DNA of 64,000 nucleotides from a virus (IMGVR_UViG_3300036760_000193:91395-155394); one strand, 5' to 3'; positions 18,289 through 29,799 are shown, counted from the stretch's first letter. Numbers and translations: made by a program. The notes: generated by a model not told the origin, from the letters alone.

Positions 18289-20082
18289 TTATGTTACATA
18301 CTCAAAAAATACTAATACATGTGTTGGTATTAAAAGTTTTACCAACATTTCTAAAATAGATTTGGGCAAAACAAATTCACCTGGATTCAAAATTCTTATA
18401 ATCAACCCATCTGCTAAACTTGATTTACTCCATAATGTCATATCTTCATAAATTAATTTTCTAGTATGAACATTCGGATATGGAGTAGTCGTCAATGGGT
18501 AATAGATAGGAACAAAAGGATGACTACCTGTCCACGGTGCCGTTAAAACTAAATTCGTTGAATCTGTAATAGATAGTATTTTACCAGTTACTCCATAATC
18601 ATCCATTATGGTGTCTCCTGGAACCAATTCGTCACCAAAATTTGTCGATGATCCGGTAACTGCCGTACTACCATTTTGAAAAGTAATAATTCCGCTTAAA
18701 TGTACAGCACTATTATAGTTTAATTTGTATCCTGTTCCAGTTCCAGTATCTCCTATCCACGGGCGTTTTAATGTCAAATTGATATTACTGTTTACTACAT
18801 CTACCAATCCAAGAACTAAACCAGCTGCATCAGTTATTAAGTCTCCAATATGAAGTGCTGATAGAAATGATGTTCCAACTCCAATAATTTCGGTATCTCC
18901 ATGTGTGAAAGTAATGACGCCAGCGAGCATCAATGAATTCGTCAGATCAAATATAACTGGGGTAGGATCGGTTCTTTCTCCGATATCAAAAACTACTGTT
19001 AATACATCTAAAGCTCCAGGAGCCGTTGTCATTTTGAAACCTGGAAGAGGAACAGCGAACCTATCTTCTACATAAGCATCTCTGGTTCCAGTATTTGCTG
19101 GATTATTTGGAGATAATGGGGACTCATATACCGTGTAATATCCTGGGTCTTGTGCAACTCCATTTTTTAATACTACCAACGTTCCAGGAGAAAAAATACT
19201 GCTAGTGGAGAAAAATTTTCTTGTTCCATTTGGAGCTTCTGGTGGTATTTCTAAAATTGTATTGAGAAAAAAGTCTTCTCTATCTTTAATAAGCAATAAA
19301 TCTGGTGTGACTCCTGTGAATGACCGCACTACTCGTTGTATAGAATCTAAAGTGCCCCCATCTAATGAAGCCAAAACTAAATTCTCTAAAATTCCTCTAT
19401 AATCAACAAATTGTAATGTTTGCGGTTTAGAAAAATTAAATAGAGTTCCAAAATTATCAAAAAGTTGTTCATCACGACAAAGAGAAATATAATTATTGGT
19501 TACAGTTAAAGTATTTTCTAATGTGACTTGATCTAACTCTTTTCCATACATATCAGCAATTTTATAAAGTTTTGAACTTCGTTGCAGAACGGGTTTCAAT
19601 AAGTCCTCTTTACCATAAACATGATAATCTGGAAGATTATTTATAATATTTTCCGCTTCTTGAACCTCAGTTTTTTGTAAAATCATCCAAATTAAAGGAA
19701 GAGACCAAGCTGATGAAGTTAACCCAAATTTTGTACGAATTCTTGCATACCATACTTGTGTTGATCCATCTATTCGGGGTGCTACTTCAATAGCAAATCC
19801 CTTTCTAACATTTCCATTAAAATACTGTAATGCTGTAAGTGTATTGAAAGTAACTAGATTTGGAGACCCAAAAGAGGGGGTATTATCTAGTTGAAGGTCG
19901 AAGTCAGCTGTCGCTAAACCAGGACTGATAAAAGCTTCTTGGAATCCCCAATGAAAAACATAAACATTATCTACATTGGTTCTGTAAAAAGCAAGATTTA
20001 CTGGAACGTCTCTATCAGACGCTCCATAGAATCCGCCTTCGTCTCCACCGCCGTAAAAAATGCTGTCAAAAAATGAAGCCAT
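18289..20082 (-). CDS. baseplate wedge protein (gpI/gp7-like) with inserted accessory domains
   Basis: LFDNFG.LFNF...YRGILENLV.A...GGTLDSIQRVVRSFTG, C-terminal LVKLLIPTHVLVFFEY; downstream of baseplate J. Confidence 0.6.
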   Translation of the reverse strand: MASFFDSIFYGGGDEGGFYGASDRDVPVNLAFYRTNVDNVYVFHWGFQEAFISPGLATADFDLQLDNTPSFGSPNLVTFNTLTALQYFNGNVRKGFAIEVAPRIDGSTQVWYARIRTKFGLTSSAWSLPLIWMILQKTEVQEAENIINNLPDYHVYGKEDLLKPVLQRSSKLYKIADMYGKELDQVTLENTLTVTNNYISLCRDEQLFDNFGTLFNFSKPQTLQFVDYRGILENLVLASLDGGTLDSIQRVVRSFTGVTPDLLLIKDREDFFLNTILEIPPEAPNGTRKFFSTSSIFSPGTLVVLKNGVAQDPGYYTVYESPLSPNNPANTGTRDAYVEDRFAVPLPGFKMTTAPGALDVLTVVFDIGERTDPTPVIFDLTNSLMLAGVITFTHGDTEIIGVGTSFLSALHIGDLITDAAGLVLGLVDVVNSNINLTLKRPWIGDTGTGTGYKLNYNSAVHLSGIITFQNGSTAVTGSSTNFGDELVPGDTIMDDYGVTGKILSITDSTNLVLTAPWTGSHPFVPIYYPLTTTPYPNVHTRKLIYEDMTLWSKSSLADGLIIRILNPGEFVLPKSILEMLVKLLIPTHVLVFFEYVT

Positions 20083-20091
20083 ATTATATCC

Positions 20092-22359
20092 TTACCAATG
20101 TAATGTGTACTGAACTCTCAATGATTGGGTATTTGATTTTGTAATGATAACTGGTAGTGTGGCATAAGTAAAATAATTTCCTCTAGCAAATTCAAAAAAT
20201 GATCCATAATATGTTGATTCACCAGTATCAACAGCGTATGCTCCAATTATTTTATCAACTGTTTGGTGCATTATGAATGTTTTCCAAGCATTGGTGTTTA
20301 GATACTGATTATTTAGCCACGCCGCTACCATAGCAGGTTGATCCAAAGTTGTTATAGATGGAAATTCCATAATATAAGATTGACCATATATGGTCATTAA
20401 TTTCCCCGTGACTGGGCAAATATTCCATGCTTGTGAATCCCCTATGCTCAATCCAAAAGAGATTGGACTTGGGACAAGAGATACTGCTGCGCTAGTCACA
20501 GGATTAATCGTAAGAACTGCTGCTCTATTGCTCGATTCATTATACATGAGACCATAAATATTAGTTCCATCTGAACACCAATCATAAGGGTATACTTGCG
20601 ACCAGTTATTAGGTTTTGTATAAGAAATATTGAATCTTCCATCAGTTAAACTGGTTGTGTTATTGAGATTAAGAGTAGTAGCATCTGGGATACTTGAGAT
20701 AGTTTTGGAATTTATACCTTGAACAATCGTATCTCCGGGGTGCATACCCGCTGTATTAGGAACACGAATTTGGGTACTATTCAGAACTTCCACAATAAAA
20801 AATGGAATGGATTGTGTGGTATTATTTGCTAGGTCTCCAAAAGTAATCGAATTCCATCCTTTTGTAGTTCCAACAATTAAATGTGTAGCGTCCACTACTA
20901 TCGTGATTGTTGTAGTATAGGTAACACCTTGAATTATTTGATGTATGGTATCCCCACCAGTCATCCCTGTTGTACTATCTACAACTAAATGATGTAAGTC
21001 TGTTACAGAAATAACTTTGAATGTGCTATTAGCATTGGTTACATCTACAGCTAATGGTACATCTGTAACCTTCTGGAATGTAGTTCGTGGTACATTAGGA
21101 TCATAAGTAATTACTATCCAATATTCATTGCCACTCGCACCATTTGGCGTGAAAATAATATCTTTCTGTGATGCACTCCAAGAACCTTGTCCATTACGAG
21201 TTGAATTGATTGTTTTTTGTTGAACCAAAGAAAAATCATCATGATTTATAACAGCTAATAAGTTTGGTTTGGTTGTACTATCAATATTCGCAATTCTAGA
21301 AACAAAATGCAATTGATGGCGTCCAAGAACTGTTTGGAAACCAGCATAAGTATAATGGTCAGCATTTCTCATTTCTGGTACTTGTGCTATCTGCATCATA
21401 CTATTTCCGTTATTACTATTTGGGACAAGTCCAGAAGGAAAAAATCCTACTGCTGCAATCTGTCCATTTCCTTGTGTTGTCCCCCATTCATATACCCATT
21501 GAATTGAACGGTTACGTTGATAACCACTGTCTGGATAATTTGGTAAATAAATTCCACCACCAGTTCCACTAATTGTAATAGCATTTTGATAATTGAAACC
21601 ACTAAGTCTTCTATTAACACTCGTTGAACCATAATTACCATTTCCATCATATGTAATCCAATCCGTCGTATCTGCTACAACAAGATTATTTGCATCTGTT
21701 ACAATACTTATAGTTGTCGTTCTAAGGCTGGCTACCCAACCAGTAGTGCTTCCAACTGTAATATGTGTCCCGTCATCTACACTGGTGATCGTTGTTATAT
21801 TGGTACTTTGTTGAATTGTGTCTCCGTTTTGAAGACCAACTGTTGACATCAATATTAGATGTTGCCCATCAGTAACTGTTCTAACACAAAATGGAATATT
21901 TCGTGTTGTATCAGAAGCGTCTGAGACTAATTGAGAAATTGTATCCCCAGAAATCATTCCAGTAGTATTTGGATACACATATAAATGTGTTAGGTCTATT
22001 ACTTGTCCTACATAAAAAGGAAAATTATGTGTAACATTAGTTGCTTCTCCAAATCCATTCCATCTATACACTCCAGCATAAGCTCCATCCGCAGAAATAC
22101 CATAATCTCCGCTAAATAATGCGATAGCCATGTCACCACCACCTATTAATGGCAAACTATAAGTGCCAGCGTATCTACCATTATTTGCAAATTCTTTATA
22201 GGCATGATTGGCTTTTTGTTCAAATACCAAACCTACAGAATTCTTAAACTCTAATTCTTGGTCAATGTGACCAGTTGCTTCGTCAATAAGTGTAAATTTG
22301 AAAATATTTTCTGGTTGTCTTATCTCCAAATCTTTGAATGATTCTTCTGGGTGGTTCAT
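20092..22359 (-). CDS. virion structural protein with repeated V.D..HL.V.ST.G...GDTI.Q beta modules
   Basis: About five internal repeats; ends IITKSNTQSLRVQYTLHW; in the baseplate cluster. Confidence 0.5.
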   Translation of the reverse strand: MNHPEESFKDLEIRQPENIFKFTLIDEATGHIDQELEFKNSVGLVFEQKANHAYKEFANNGRYAGTYSLPLIGGGDMAIALFSGDYGISADGAYAGVYRWNGFGEATNVTHNFPFYVGQVIDLTHLYVYPNTTGMISGDTISQLVSDASDTTRNIPFCVRTVTDGQHLILMSTVGLQNGDTIQQSTNITTITSVDDGTHITVGSTTGWVASLRTTTISIVTDANNLVVADTTDWITYDGNGNYGSTSVNRRLSGFNYQNAITISGTGGGIYLPNYPDSGYQRNRSIQWVYEWGTTQGNGQIAAVGFFPSGLVPNSNNGNSMMQIAQVPEMRNADHYTYAGFQTVLGRHQLHFVSRIANIDSTTKPNLLAVINHDDFSLVQQKTINSTRNGQGSWSASQKDIIFTPNGASGNEYWIVITYDPNVPRTTFQKVTDVPLAVDVTNANSTFKVISVTDLHHLVVDSTTGMTGGDTIHQIIQGVTYTTTITIVVDATHLIVGTTKGWNSITFGDLANNTTQSIPFFIVEVLNSTQIRVPNTAGMHPGDTIVQGINSKTISSIPDATTLNLNNTTSLTDGRFNISYTKPNNWSQVYPYDWCSDGTNIYGLMYNESSNRAAVLTINPVTSAAVSLVPSPISFGLSIGDSQAWNICPVTGKLMTIYGQSYIMEFPSITTLDQPAMVAAWLNNQYLNTNAWKTFIMHQTVDKIIGAYAVDTGESTYYGSFFEFARGNYFTYATLPVIITKSNTQSLRVQYTLHW

Positions 22360-22370
22360 TTTAATTCTCC

Positions 22371-23012
22371 TTAGAATGTCGATATTAATGCACTTGCTAC
22401 AAAACCTGTTGTATCTACAACAACTAGATGATTCCCGTCTAAAATGCCTCCAAGACTAATAGTTGTTGAGGCAAATCCTTGTACAAGTTCATCTCCTGTT
22501 TGCATTCCAGTTGTTGAATCTACTGTCATAAGCATTGTGTCATATGGGTCTATGAACACGATAGTAAAATGTTTCGGATGTGTTGTATCATCAGCATCTC
22601 CACCTGAATAAAATTCTCCTGTTGACTCTGATGGAGTCGCTATAAAATCTCCAAATGAATCATCTAAATTTTCTGATGTCTCTGGCGCAGATAATGAGAT
22701 AATATCTGCACTTGTATTTGTCATAGTTGTGGTTACTGGATCAGTAGCAAAAAAATCAGATGCGGGTTCAATAAAATTAACTGATAATGGAATCGTTTTA
22801 TTAATTAATTCCACCAAAGAATCACTTGGTGAAGCTACTACTCCAAAGGTATTCAAAGCATTAGATAGAATAGTTTTGTCGAATGTAATTGCATTAACAA
22901 TATCAGCGTAACTCGTTGCAGAATCTAATTCACTTCCAACAGCATTAGCTACTCCATTACCGTCCAGAATTAACATGTTCCCAATATAAACTTTACCTAA
23001 TAAAATTGACAT
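22371..23012 (-). CDS. structural protein, acidic, sharing the repeat module of 20092-22359
   Basis: VDSTTGMQTGDELVQG...HLVVVDTTGF. Confidence 0.5.
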   Translation of the reverse strand: MSILLGKVYIGNMLILDGNGVANAVGSELDSATSYADIVNAITFDKTILSNALNTFGVVASPSDSLVELINKTIPLSVNFIEPASDFFATDPVTTTMTNTSADIISLSAPETSENLDDSFGDFIATPSESTGEFYSGGDADDTTHPKHFTIVFIDPYDTMLMTVDSTTGMQTGDELVQGFASTTISLGGILDGNHLVVVDTTGFVASALISTF

Positions 23013-23014
23013 AA

Positions 23015-24016
23015 TTAAACCACAATATACACGGTATGAGGGTCATGCGGCGTTATGGCTGCGTACTCTGTTGCCGATCCAGTCCATATTTTGTCCCGTG
23101 TATGTTTTGTTTCAAATTTCCAATTAGCATTATCAGAAAAAATGACTGCCCCTTCATCTAAAGTGTTTATAATATAGTTACTATTACCATCAATTGTTTC
23201 TGCACCAAATGGTTGTATGGTTACTATAAAAGAATTTAATTCTGGCGAACCTCCGGTTACAATCCGTTTAATTTCATAACGTTGTCCATTATTTCCAATA
23301 GCAGTTGGCAAAGTAACTACAATAGAATTTGCTGTAACATTTGCAAGTACATAAGAATCGGTTAATGCAAGAGTTGTATTGGCAGTGATATAAATTGGAT
23401 TCGCATTGATACCACCTGGAATTGATATTTGTGTCTTAAATCCAGTATCAGTAGCGATTACTCCGGAACCCACAAAATCTAAAGTTGAACGTTGAACTAA
23501 TGGCGTACCTTCATCTTGTATGGTATGCCCCCCACCACCACCGCTTGAATTGATTGTTATATTATTGCCACTTTGATTCAAAGTCACATTTGTACCAGAT
23601 ACTAAATGCACACTTCCAACAATATCTGGGTTAAGATCGGCATGAACGCCAGTAACTGTACCAGCATTGGTATTTACGCCGTCTTGAAGTTCATCAATAT
23701 CTTCTGCATCGACAATTGATCCGCGTCCTTTATAAGAAACAAGTACAATTAAACCGTTTTTTGACGGGTCAAATAAAATTCTTCCATTTATATAATCTAC
23801 TTTGAATTTATTAGTCGTTGGTGGATTAGTTGTCTCTACATATCCTGGTATACTAATAGAAGAAGGAGCCTCTAATAATGGAACTTCAATTAAACGAATA
23901 TAATTTGGTGATGAAGTCGAAACTGCTGTAACCCCAATCGTATGTTGCTCATTGAAAATTAAAGTTTCTTGACCTAAAGTTCTTTGGTTTATTTTTGGCT
24001 TAAATGGTATAGACAT
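23015..24016 (-). CDS. modular fibre protein
   Basis: N-domain paralogous to 24027-26372; HTIQDEG module shared with 50761-51576; C-terminal LPTA.GN.G..Y.IK...NW module. Confidence 0.55.
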   Translation of the reverse strand: MSIPFKPKINQRTLGQETLIFNEQHTIGVTAVSTSSPNYIRLIEVPLLEAPSSISIPGYVETTNPPTTNKFKVDYINGRILFDPSKNGLIVLVSYKGRGSIVDAEDIDELQDGVNTNAGTVTGVHADLNPDIVGSVHLVSGTNVTLNQSGNNITINSSGGGGGHTIQDEGTPLVQRSTLDFVGSGVIATDTGFKTQISIPGGINANPIYITANTTLALTDSYVLANVTANSIVVTLPTAIGNNGQRYEIKRIVTGGSPELNSFIVTIQPFGAETIDGNSNYIINTLDEGAVIFSDNANWKFETKHTRDKIWTGSATEYAAITPHDPHTVYIVV

Positions 24017-24026
24017 TCCTGCCCCC

Positions 24027-26372
24027 TTATCCTAAAATCACAATACTGGTTCCATTGTATCCCTTAAATTGAAAGTCTGTTGTATTAAACCAAACTTGTC
24101 CGGTAAATGGGGAACCTGGGTCGGATGAAACTGTTGTAAAAGATGCTGCAACATTAGTATTAGAAAATTGTGTCCAATTAATAGTGTCTGTTCCAACTAC
24201 TATATTACCGTCCCATACAACAACCCATCCCGTACTGACATTAAGAGTGCCTGTCTCTACAAATGTGTAATTTCCACCCGAAACCTCATTAGATGGTGTT
24301 CCGTCAAAATCTGTAGCGCGTGTCCAAGCTCCAGAATGTGCATTATAGATACCATTGTTTATGGCTGAAGTTTGATTCTTAACAAGAACTCTGTCACCAT
24401 CAATAACAGTAGTACCGTCTACAGTTAATAGACCGCTTAGAACGATGTTGGCCGTTGTTGCAGCACGTACAGACTGTTTTGGATCAAGGCCAGCGGAAAT
24501 CCCATCGACATATCTCTTATTGGCGGCGTCTGTAGCAACGGTTGGATCAGCAACGGAAGTAATTTTACTGCTTGCCACATCAACGGTTGTACTACTAACT
24601 GTCATCTTAACTACATCATCAATTGTCACTTTCAATGGTAAAGAATTCTTAGTATCAATTGTTGATGCAATTATATCTGTTCCATCTGCTTGATAGCCCA
24701 ACCCTAATGGAAAATCAATAAGTGCTGTACCTGTTGGAAAAAACTTAAGGAGTCTATGAAATCCGTTAGAGAATCCTTGAGAAATATTCAAATAGAAAGA
24801 ACGATCTGCGGCAAGACCTTGATTAGAATTATAAATATGTACAGAACCATCCTGTGGCATTGAAATATTAGGTTCCCCACTACCAACAATAGCATGTGAG
24901 AATAAAATGGTGTCTTGGGCTGACCCCAGTTTGAATGTTCCTAAATTATCTGTTTGTCCATAAAAAGAATTCGATGGTGTGTAACTTAAAAATACATCCC
25001 CAATGCCATCAAATATAACTTTCTCCCCTTCCAAGATTTGAAAATCACCATTGGGAGTAAATCTTGCTACTTCAAACCCTGCAATTGAAAATCCTAATGT
25101 ATTAGAAAATGGTTTTGAGATACCTAATGAGGTATCAGTTAAAAAACTGATTCCAGGCAATGAAAATGATCCGTCTCCAAATTGTGCTTGACCACTTTTC
25201 AATCTGGCAATTTCAGTAGATGCTACTGTAAATTTGAAAAAATTACTACTATTTATATCCAATGCTAATACGTTCAAAGCTGGATGTTCAATACGAAGTG
25301 CACTATTGGTATTATCTGAAAATGTAGCACTTGTTCCACCGACTGATCCCAATACATTGATAGGAATCTGAGTTGAAATTAAAGACGTAGTGATGTCTAA
25401 TTGTAGAAGACTGTTCGTTATGAATCCTAAATGATTAGAACCAATGCGGTACATACCAAGACCGCCTTGGGTAGCAAAACCATAAGCTGGTAGAGCCAAT
25501 ACACCGTCATTCGCTTGTACAACAGTATTTGGAAATGCTGTATCTGCAAACCAAATACCACTAGAGGTAACTTCCCATTTGAGACTACCATTTGTGGAAA
25601 AACCAAGTCTATCTGTCCCGCTATTATAAATTCCCGTATCCGGATCTAAAGCAAAAGAATAACTTGGGAGTAAAGCTGTTCCCGTTCCTACTTGTAATTG
25701 CCCATTAAAAACAATATGAGAATCATCAAAAATCTGTAAATTAGCTGTTCCAGTTGAACTTACAAATTCCCAAGCATCTACACTTTCATTCCACCGTAAA
25801 CTTGTTGTAGGAGACGAACCTCTAGCTGCTGTAAATAAAGCATTTAAGGTTGGAGAGCCTATTTCTCCAGCATTTATGGTTAATATTGATCCGTCGATAA
25901 TTAAATTTCTAGTTGCCGTGACATCGCGTGGAAATATGAAATCATCTAATGGGAATGAGAGTGCTGTACTGATATTATTTGGGTGTACAATTTCATTTAC
26001 TAAAGAACCATTGGCATTCAAAGCTACACCAACGGGAATTTGTAATTCATTAACATCCTCTGAATCTACTTCTGATCCTAAACCTTTATATGAAACAAAA
26101 ATTGTATTACCATTTCGTGCAGGATCAAAAAAGATATGTCCTACAGAATAATCTACAGCGAATTGAAACCCAGTTGGTGCTGGGCCATTAATATCAACTT
26201 CGCTATATCCAGGTATGAAAACCGAAGAAATTAATTCTTTTAATGGGACTTCAATCAACCTGATTCTATCAGGAGTTGAAGTAAATACACCAGATATTCC
26301 TATAACATGTTGTTCACTACTAATAGGAGTCGCTGGACGTTTATTAACTTTAGGTCTATATGCAATTGACAT
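24027..26372 (-). CDS. modular tail fibre protein
   Basis: PSYSF/DPDTGIY repeats, DPT..TDAANKRYVD-GLDPKQSVRAAT...WTQFS module. Confidence 0.6.
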   Translation of the reverse strand: MSIAYRPKVNKRPATPISSEQHVIGISGVFTSTPDRIRLIEVPLKELISSVFIPGYSEVDINGPAPTGFQFAVDYSVGHIFFDPARNGNTIFVSYKGLGSEVDSEDVNELQIPVGVALNANGSLVNEIVHPNNISTALSFPLDDFIFPRDVTATRNLIIDGSILTINAGEIGSPTLNALFTAARGSSPTTSLRWNESVDAWEFVSSTGTANLQIFDDSHIVFNGQLQVGTGTALLPSYSFALDPDTGIYNSGTDRLGFSTNGSLKWEVTSSGIWFADTAFPNTVVQANDGVLALPAYGFATQGGLGMYRIGSNHLGFITNSLLQLDITTSLISTQIPINVLGSVGGTSATFSDNTNSALRIEHPALNVLALDINSSNFFKFTVASTEIARLKSGQAQFGDGSFSLPGISFLTDTSLGISKPFSNTLGFSIAGFEVARFTPNGDFQILEGEKVIFDGIGDVFLSYTPSNSFYGQTDNLGTFKLGSAQDTILFSHAIVGSGEPNISMPQDGSVHIYNSNQGLAADRSFYLNISQGFSNGFHRLLKFFPTGTALIDFPLGLGYQADGTDIIASTIDTKNSLPLKVTIDDVVKMTVSSTTVDVASSKITSVADPTVATDAANKRYVDGISAGLDPKQSVRAATTANIVLSGLLTVDGTTVIDGDRVLVKNQTSAINNGIYNAHSGAWTRATDFDGTPSNEVSGGNYTFVETGTLNVSTGWVVVWDGNIVVGTDTINWTQFSNTNVAASFTTVSSDPGSPFTGQVWFNTTDFQFKGYNGTSIVILG

Positions 26373-26382
26373 TTTTTAATCC

Positions 26383-27834
26383 TTAAACGGACGTTATGAG
26401 CAATATCTTGGCACGGGGGTATTCGACTTTTGTAACTAGCAATCTTTGCTGTATATCTGGTATTGGTATCCCATTTTTAGACAGGATTAAAGTATTTACA
26501 TTCACTGAATCTACCCCAGAAACTGATTCTATGATTGAAATAATATCAGAACGATCAATACTGTCTCCAAGACCAAGCACATTTATATTTTGTGTTAAAG
26601 ATGTTTGAATTTCAGAAATTGTGTCTGCAACAATATACCCAGGTAGTAGGGACACATCAGCTTCAATATCTATTGTAGCCAATGAAGCTTCCTTGACAAG
26701 AATATCTGTTGTTACAATATGAGCGTCTAATTGATCGTATTGAAATTGTAAATCTTCTATAAGAGAATCATACGCATAATTTATAGTGACTGCGGTTCCA
26801 TCATCTGGGTTATCACCACCAATATTAAAAACAATCTTATTTTGGAGTCTTGTACTACCATTCAATAATGTTGTTGGGTCTTCGACAAATTGATAATCAG
26901 TATTTTGAATAAATGTATGTGGGACTGCGCCAAAAATACCAGTAACTCCATTTGGGTCGTCAATAGCTATGGCAGGTTGGTGTGAAAGAATAAATTCTTG
27001 AGACCCACTAATAGTATATAAAACTAGGTCAACGGTATGAGATAATACTTCTCCAATTATATAAACATCTACTTCTCCGCCAAACTCATCTCTTAGCATC
27101 TCTGGATCATTAGGAGAAACAACTATTGCATCTATAACATTAGCGTTTTCCCGTGCTTTTGATTCAATACCCGTAGGAGTACCAACATTATTTCCAGAAA
27201 GTTTAATTTTAATACGATCAGCAAAATCTATGTTAGATTCTACATCAGTCCCGCCTGTTGAAGCAGTAGTATTTGTGATGCGTGTAATTCCAGTTATCAA
27301 TGATACAAGAGTCCGGATTGTTCCAGCACCTACATTGGTAATTGCTCCAATAGATTGTGCTTGAATTGTGGCCGTTTGTTCATAAAAACCTGTTGTTGGG
27401 TTAAAATAGGCTGGAGCTAAGCTAGAATCAAAGAAGAGTGATTGGGTAGTGACAAATGTTACTTGTGGAGTTGTATTACCACCAATAGTTGAAACAACAG
27501 TGCCTGTGGCAATTGTAACATCGCTACTTGTTGTTGAAAAATTAGAAATTTGGAATGTTACTGTTCCCGTAGAAGCACGTCCTGCTGAACGAGTTAAATT
27601 AAAATTTGCACCTAAAGCGTCCAATTCATCTGTAGTCATTTCATCAGCATAAATAAGACTTTGCAACTTCTGTGTGTGTGATAATTCTGTGTATACTTGA
27701 TCGAATTCCTCTGCGGGGGATTCAATAACAAGGTCTCTTACTACGGAACCGACGAATGTGGCAATATTGGGGATTGCCGATGCTATAAACGAAATTGCAT
27801 CTGCGATTATTTGTGATTTAGTTCTAATAGCCAT
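26383..27834 (-). CDS. baseplate J-like protein
   Basis: LDALGANFNLTR...ASTGTVTF, GAITNVGAGTI, GGTDVES..DFADRIK; canonical position after the gp25-like gene. Confidence 0.88.
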   Translation of the reverse strand: MAIRTKSQIIADAISFIASAIPNIATFVGSVVRDLVIESPAEEFDQVYTELSHTQKLQSLIYADEMTTDELDALGANFNLTRSAGRASTGTVTFQISNFSTTSSDVTIATGTVVSTIGGNTTPQVTFVTTQSLFFDSSLAPAYFNPTTGFYEQTATIQAQSIGAITNVGAGTIRTLVSLITGITRITNTTASTGGTDVESNIDFADRIKIKLSGNNVGTPTGIESKARENANVIDAIVVSPNDPEMLRDEFGGEVDVYIIGEVLSHTVDLVLYTISGSQEFILSHQPAIAIDDPNGVTGIFGAVPHTFIQNTDYQFVEDPTTLLNGSTRLQNKIVFNIGGDNPDDGTAVTINYAYDSLIEDLQFQYDQLDAHIVTTDILVKEASLATIDIEADVSLLPGYIVADTISEIQTSLTQNINVLGLGDSIDRSDIISIIESVSGVDSVNVNTLILSKNGIPIPDIQQRLLVTKVEYPRAKILLITSV

Positions 27835-27845
27835 GATTTATCCTC

Positions 27846-28319
27846 TTATGAAAGCACTATGGTATCTGTTATAGCTCTTTTGCCTGATCGTGATATAACT
27901 GATACGCGAATTTCAAATTTACCAAGAGCGATTTGCTCCACTGATAGAGATTCAAAAATATTTGGTACTTCATCATCATTTGTATTGTCTGCGTTAACCA
28001 ACAAAAGAGTTGCTAAGGCGGTTTCTACTTGATCTTTCAAATGTGCCTTGATTTCTTCGATGTTTACTTTATTTCCAACCAATGTCTGCAAATCAGTTCC
28101 ATAAATTTCAAAATTAATATTTTTACCTACTTCTGTCAAAAAAATCTTGTTCAAATCTTGTCGCAATTTATCAATACCAGATAAAGTCGCAAGATCATTA
28201 ATATTATCCAATTGTAAATCATTAGATTGTTCCCCAAAATATTCAGAAGGCTCACCAGGTTGAGGTGGTCTAGGATGTTCAATATAATTTGTCTCTGTAA
28301 TTATTTTTAGGTCTGACAT
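27846..28319 (-). CDS. baseplate wedge gp25/gpW-like protein
   Basis: LATLSGIDKLRQDLNKIFLTEVG...YGTDL; position before baseplate J. Confidence 0.7.
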   Translation of the reverse strand: MSDLKIITETNYIEHPRPPQPGEPSEYFGEQSNDLQLDNINDLATLSGIDKLRQDLNKIFLTEVGKNINFEIYGTDLQTLVGNKVNIEEIKAHLKDQVETALATLLLVNADNTNDDEVPNIFESLSVEQIALGKFEIRVSVISRSGKRAITDTIVLS

Positions 28320-28328
28320 TTTGACTCC

Positions 28329-28793
28329 TTATGGGCAAAGACTTGCGATTGCGTCCACCATGTCCTGCAATCTACGTATTTCTTCTTCTTTTTTCTGTTT
28401 AATAGCATCCTGTACTCGTATTAAATTTGTAATTCTATTGATATCATACAATTTCTTATATACAGCTGTTAAATTTCTCCCCACTGCACTATCTTGCACT
28501 GTTTCATTAAGTCTGGCAAGTGCGGAACAATCTGCTGCTTGCTGAAGAGGCCCAAGTAACAAGTTCAAATCTGTTTTTACTTGATTGATAAGACCATTCA
28601 AAGCACTGATTCCCAAACTGGTTATCTGATTAACTATATTCAATCTCTCAATCTGCAAAGTCAACAAATCTATCTCCAAGGACAATCTAGCAATGATCGT
28701 GTTCAATAATGTTACAAAAGCTCCTTTAAGAATTGGGTTTCCACATAGAAAAAATAATATGAATGTCTTTACGCAAGGTGCTACATCAGCCAT
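28329..28793 (-). CDS. hypothetical helical protein in the baseplate cluster
   Basis: Fills the gap between the spike-like and gp25-like genes. Confidence 0.55.
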   Translation of the reverse strand: MADVAPCVKTFILFFLCGNPILKGAFVTLLNTIIARLSLEIDLLTLQIERLNIVNQITSLGISALNGLINQVKTDLNLLLGPLQQAADCSALARLNETVQDSAVGRNLTAVYKKLYDINRITNLIRVQDAIKQKKEEEIRRLQDMVDAIASLCP

Positions 28794-28794
28794 A

Positions 28795-29799
28795 TTATCC
28801 TCCGGCCTTTACTGTAGTGCTGGCTGTTGAAATTCTTCCCGTGATCGACTGTGGATACATTGCTGTTAAAGTAATTAACGCCGCCTTCAACGCATTTGCT
28901 AAAGCTGTCGTACTCCCTGGGTCGGTTGCTGGTGGTAATGCTGTAAAAATTGCATTTTGAGTTGTCCAAAACTGCCAATATAGAGGGTCAGTTGTTGGAT
29001 TAGCTACTGTGCTATCATTTAATCTAGCAACTCCAAAGGTGCCACTATTCAAATTTATCAACGATGAGTCCGCTGTTATTTGTCCAACTGAATTCAATAC
29101 TAAAAATCCAGATGGCTGCAAAGTTATTAAAGATTGACTTAATCCTATCACATTATCACTTTCTATAGTGATCGTTCCCATAGCATCTATAGTTATATGT
29201 CCTATGGGTATTTCTGTTATAGAACCTGTGCTTGGAACTGTCGTGCGAAAGTTCCCAATCTCTATGTTATTATCTTCATCAAATTTATAGGAACTTCTGG
29301 TACTCGTTAAATGATTAATGTTAGACTCGAAAAACCCGTTATCTCCTGTTAAGATGACTTCTCCATCATCATCCGTGTCTTCGCCGCCCAAAATCAAAAA
29401 TTCTTTCTGTTTTCCTGATTTCAGAGCTACAGTTCCATCATTACCTAAAAAAAACGTTCCCCCTGTTCCTGAAAAAGAGTCTTTGGGGTTTTGCGTTCCA
29501 GCAGCCTCAAAAAAAACCTCTCCAGCTTGCAAAAAGTTTTCTGTATCATCGGTACTGCCTCGTATACCAACCCCATTCTCTAAAAACCCTTGTGGATCAC
29601 GTAAAGAAGTCAATAAAAATGATTTATAATCGTCCGTAGCGACAACTAAAACAATACTTCCTTTTAATGGTTTTCCTTGGTTAAAGAGAGTGTGAGGCAC
29701 CCGCACATCTGTGAGCAAATAATTATCGGGGACTTGTATCACGTTACAAGTTCTTGGACCAGTATATGTTTGCAAAATACCCTGTTCTATACGAAGCAT
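28795..29799 (-). CDS. probable baseplate central spike (gp5/gpV-like)
   Basis: OB-like N-region (KGSIVLVVA), beta-helix-like ITIDAMGTITI, C-terminal GRISTASTTVKAGG; position after the hub. Confidence 0.55.
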   Translation of the reverse strand: MLRIEQGILQTYTGPRTCNVIQVPDNYLLTDVRVPHTLFNQGKPLKGSIVLVVATDDYKSFLLTSLRDPQGFLENGVGIRGSTDDTENFLQAGEVFFEAAGTQNPKDSFSGTGGTFFLGNDGTVALKSGKQKEFLILGGEDTDDDGEVILTGDNGFFESNINHLTSTRSSYKFDEDNNIEIGNFRTTVPSTGSITEIPIGHITIDAMGTITIESDNVIGLSQSLITLQPSGFLVLNSVGQITADSSLINLNSGTFGVARLNDSTVANPTTDPLYWQFWTTQNAIFTALPPATDPGSTTALANALKAALITLTAMYPQSITGRISTASTTVKAGG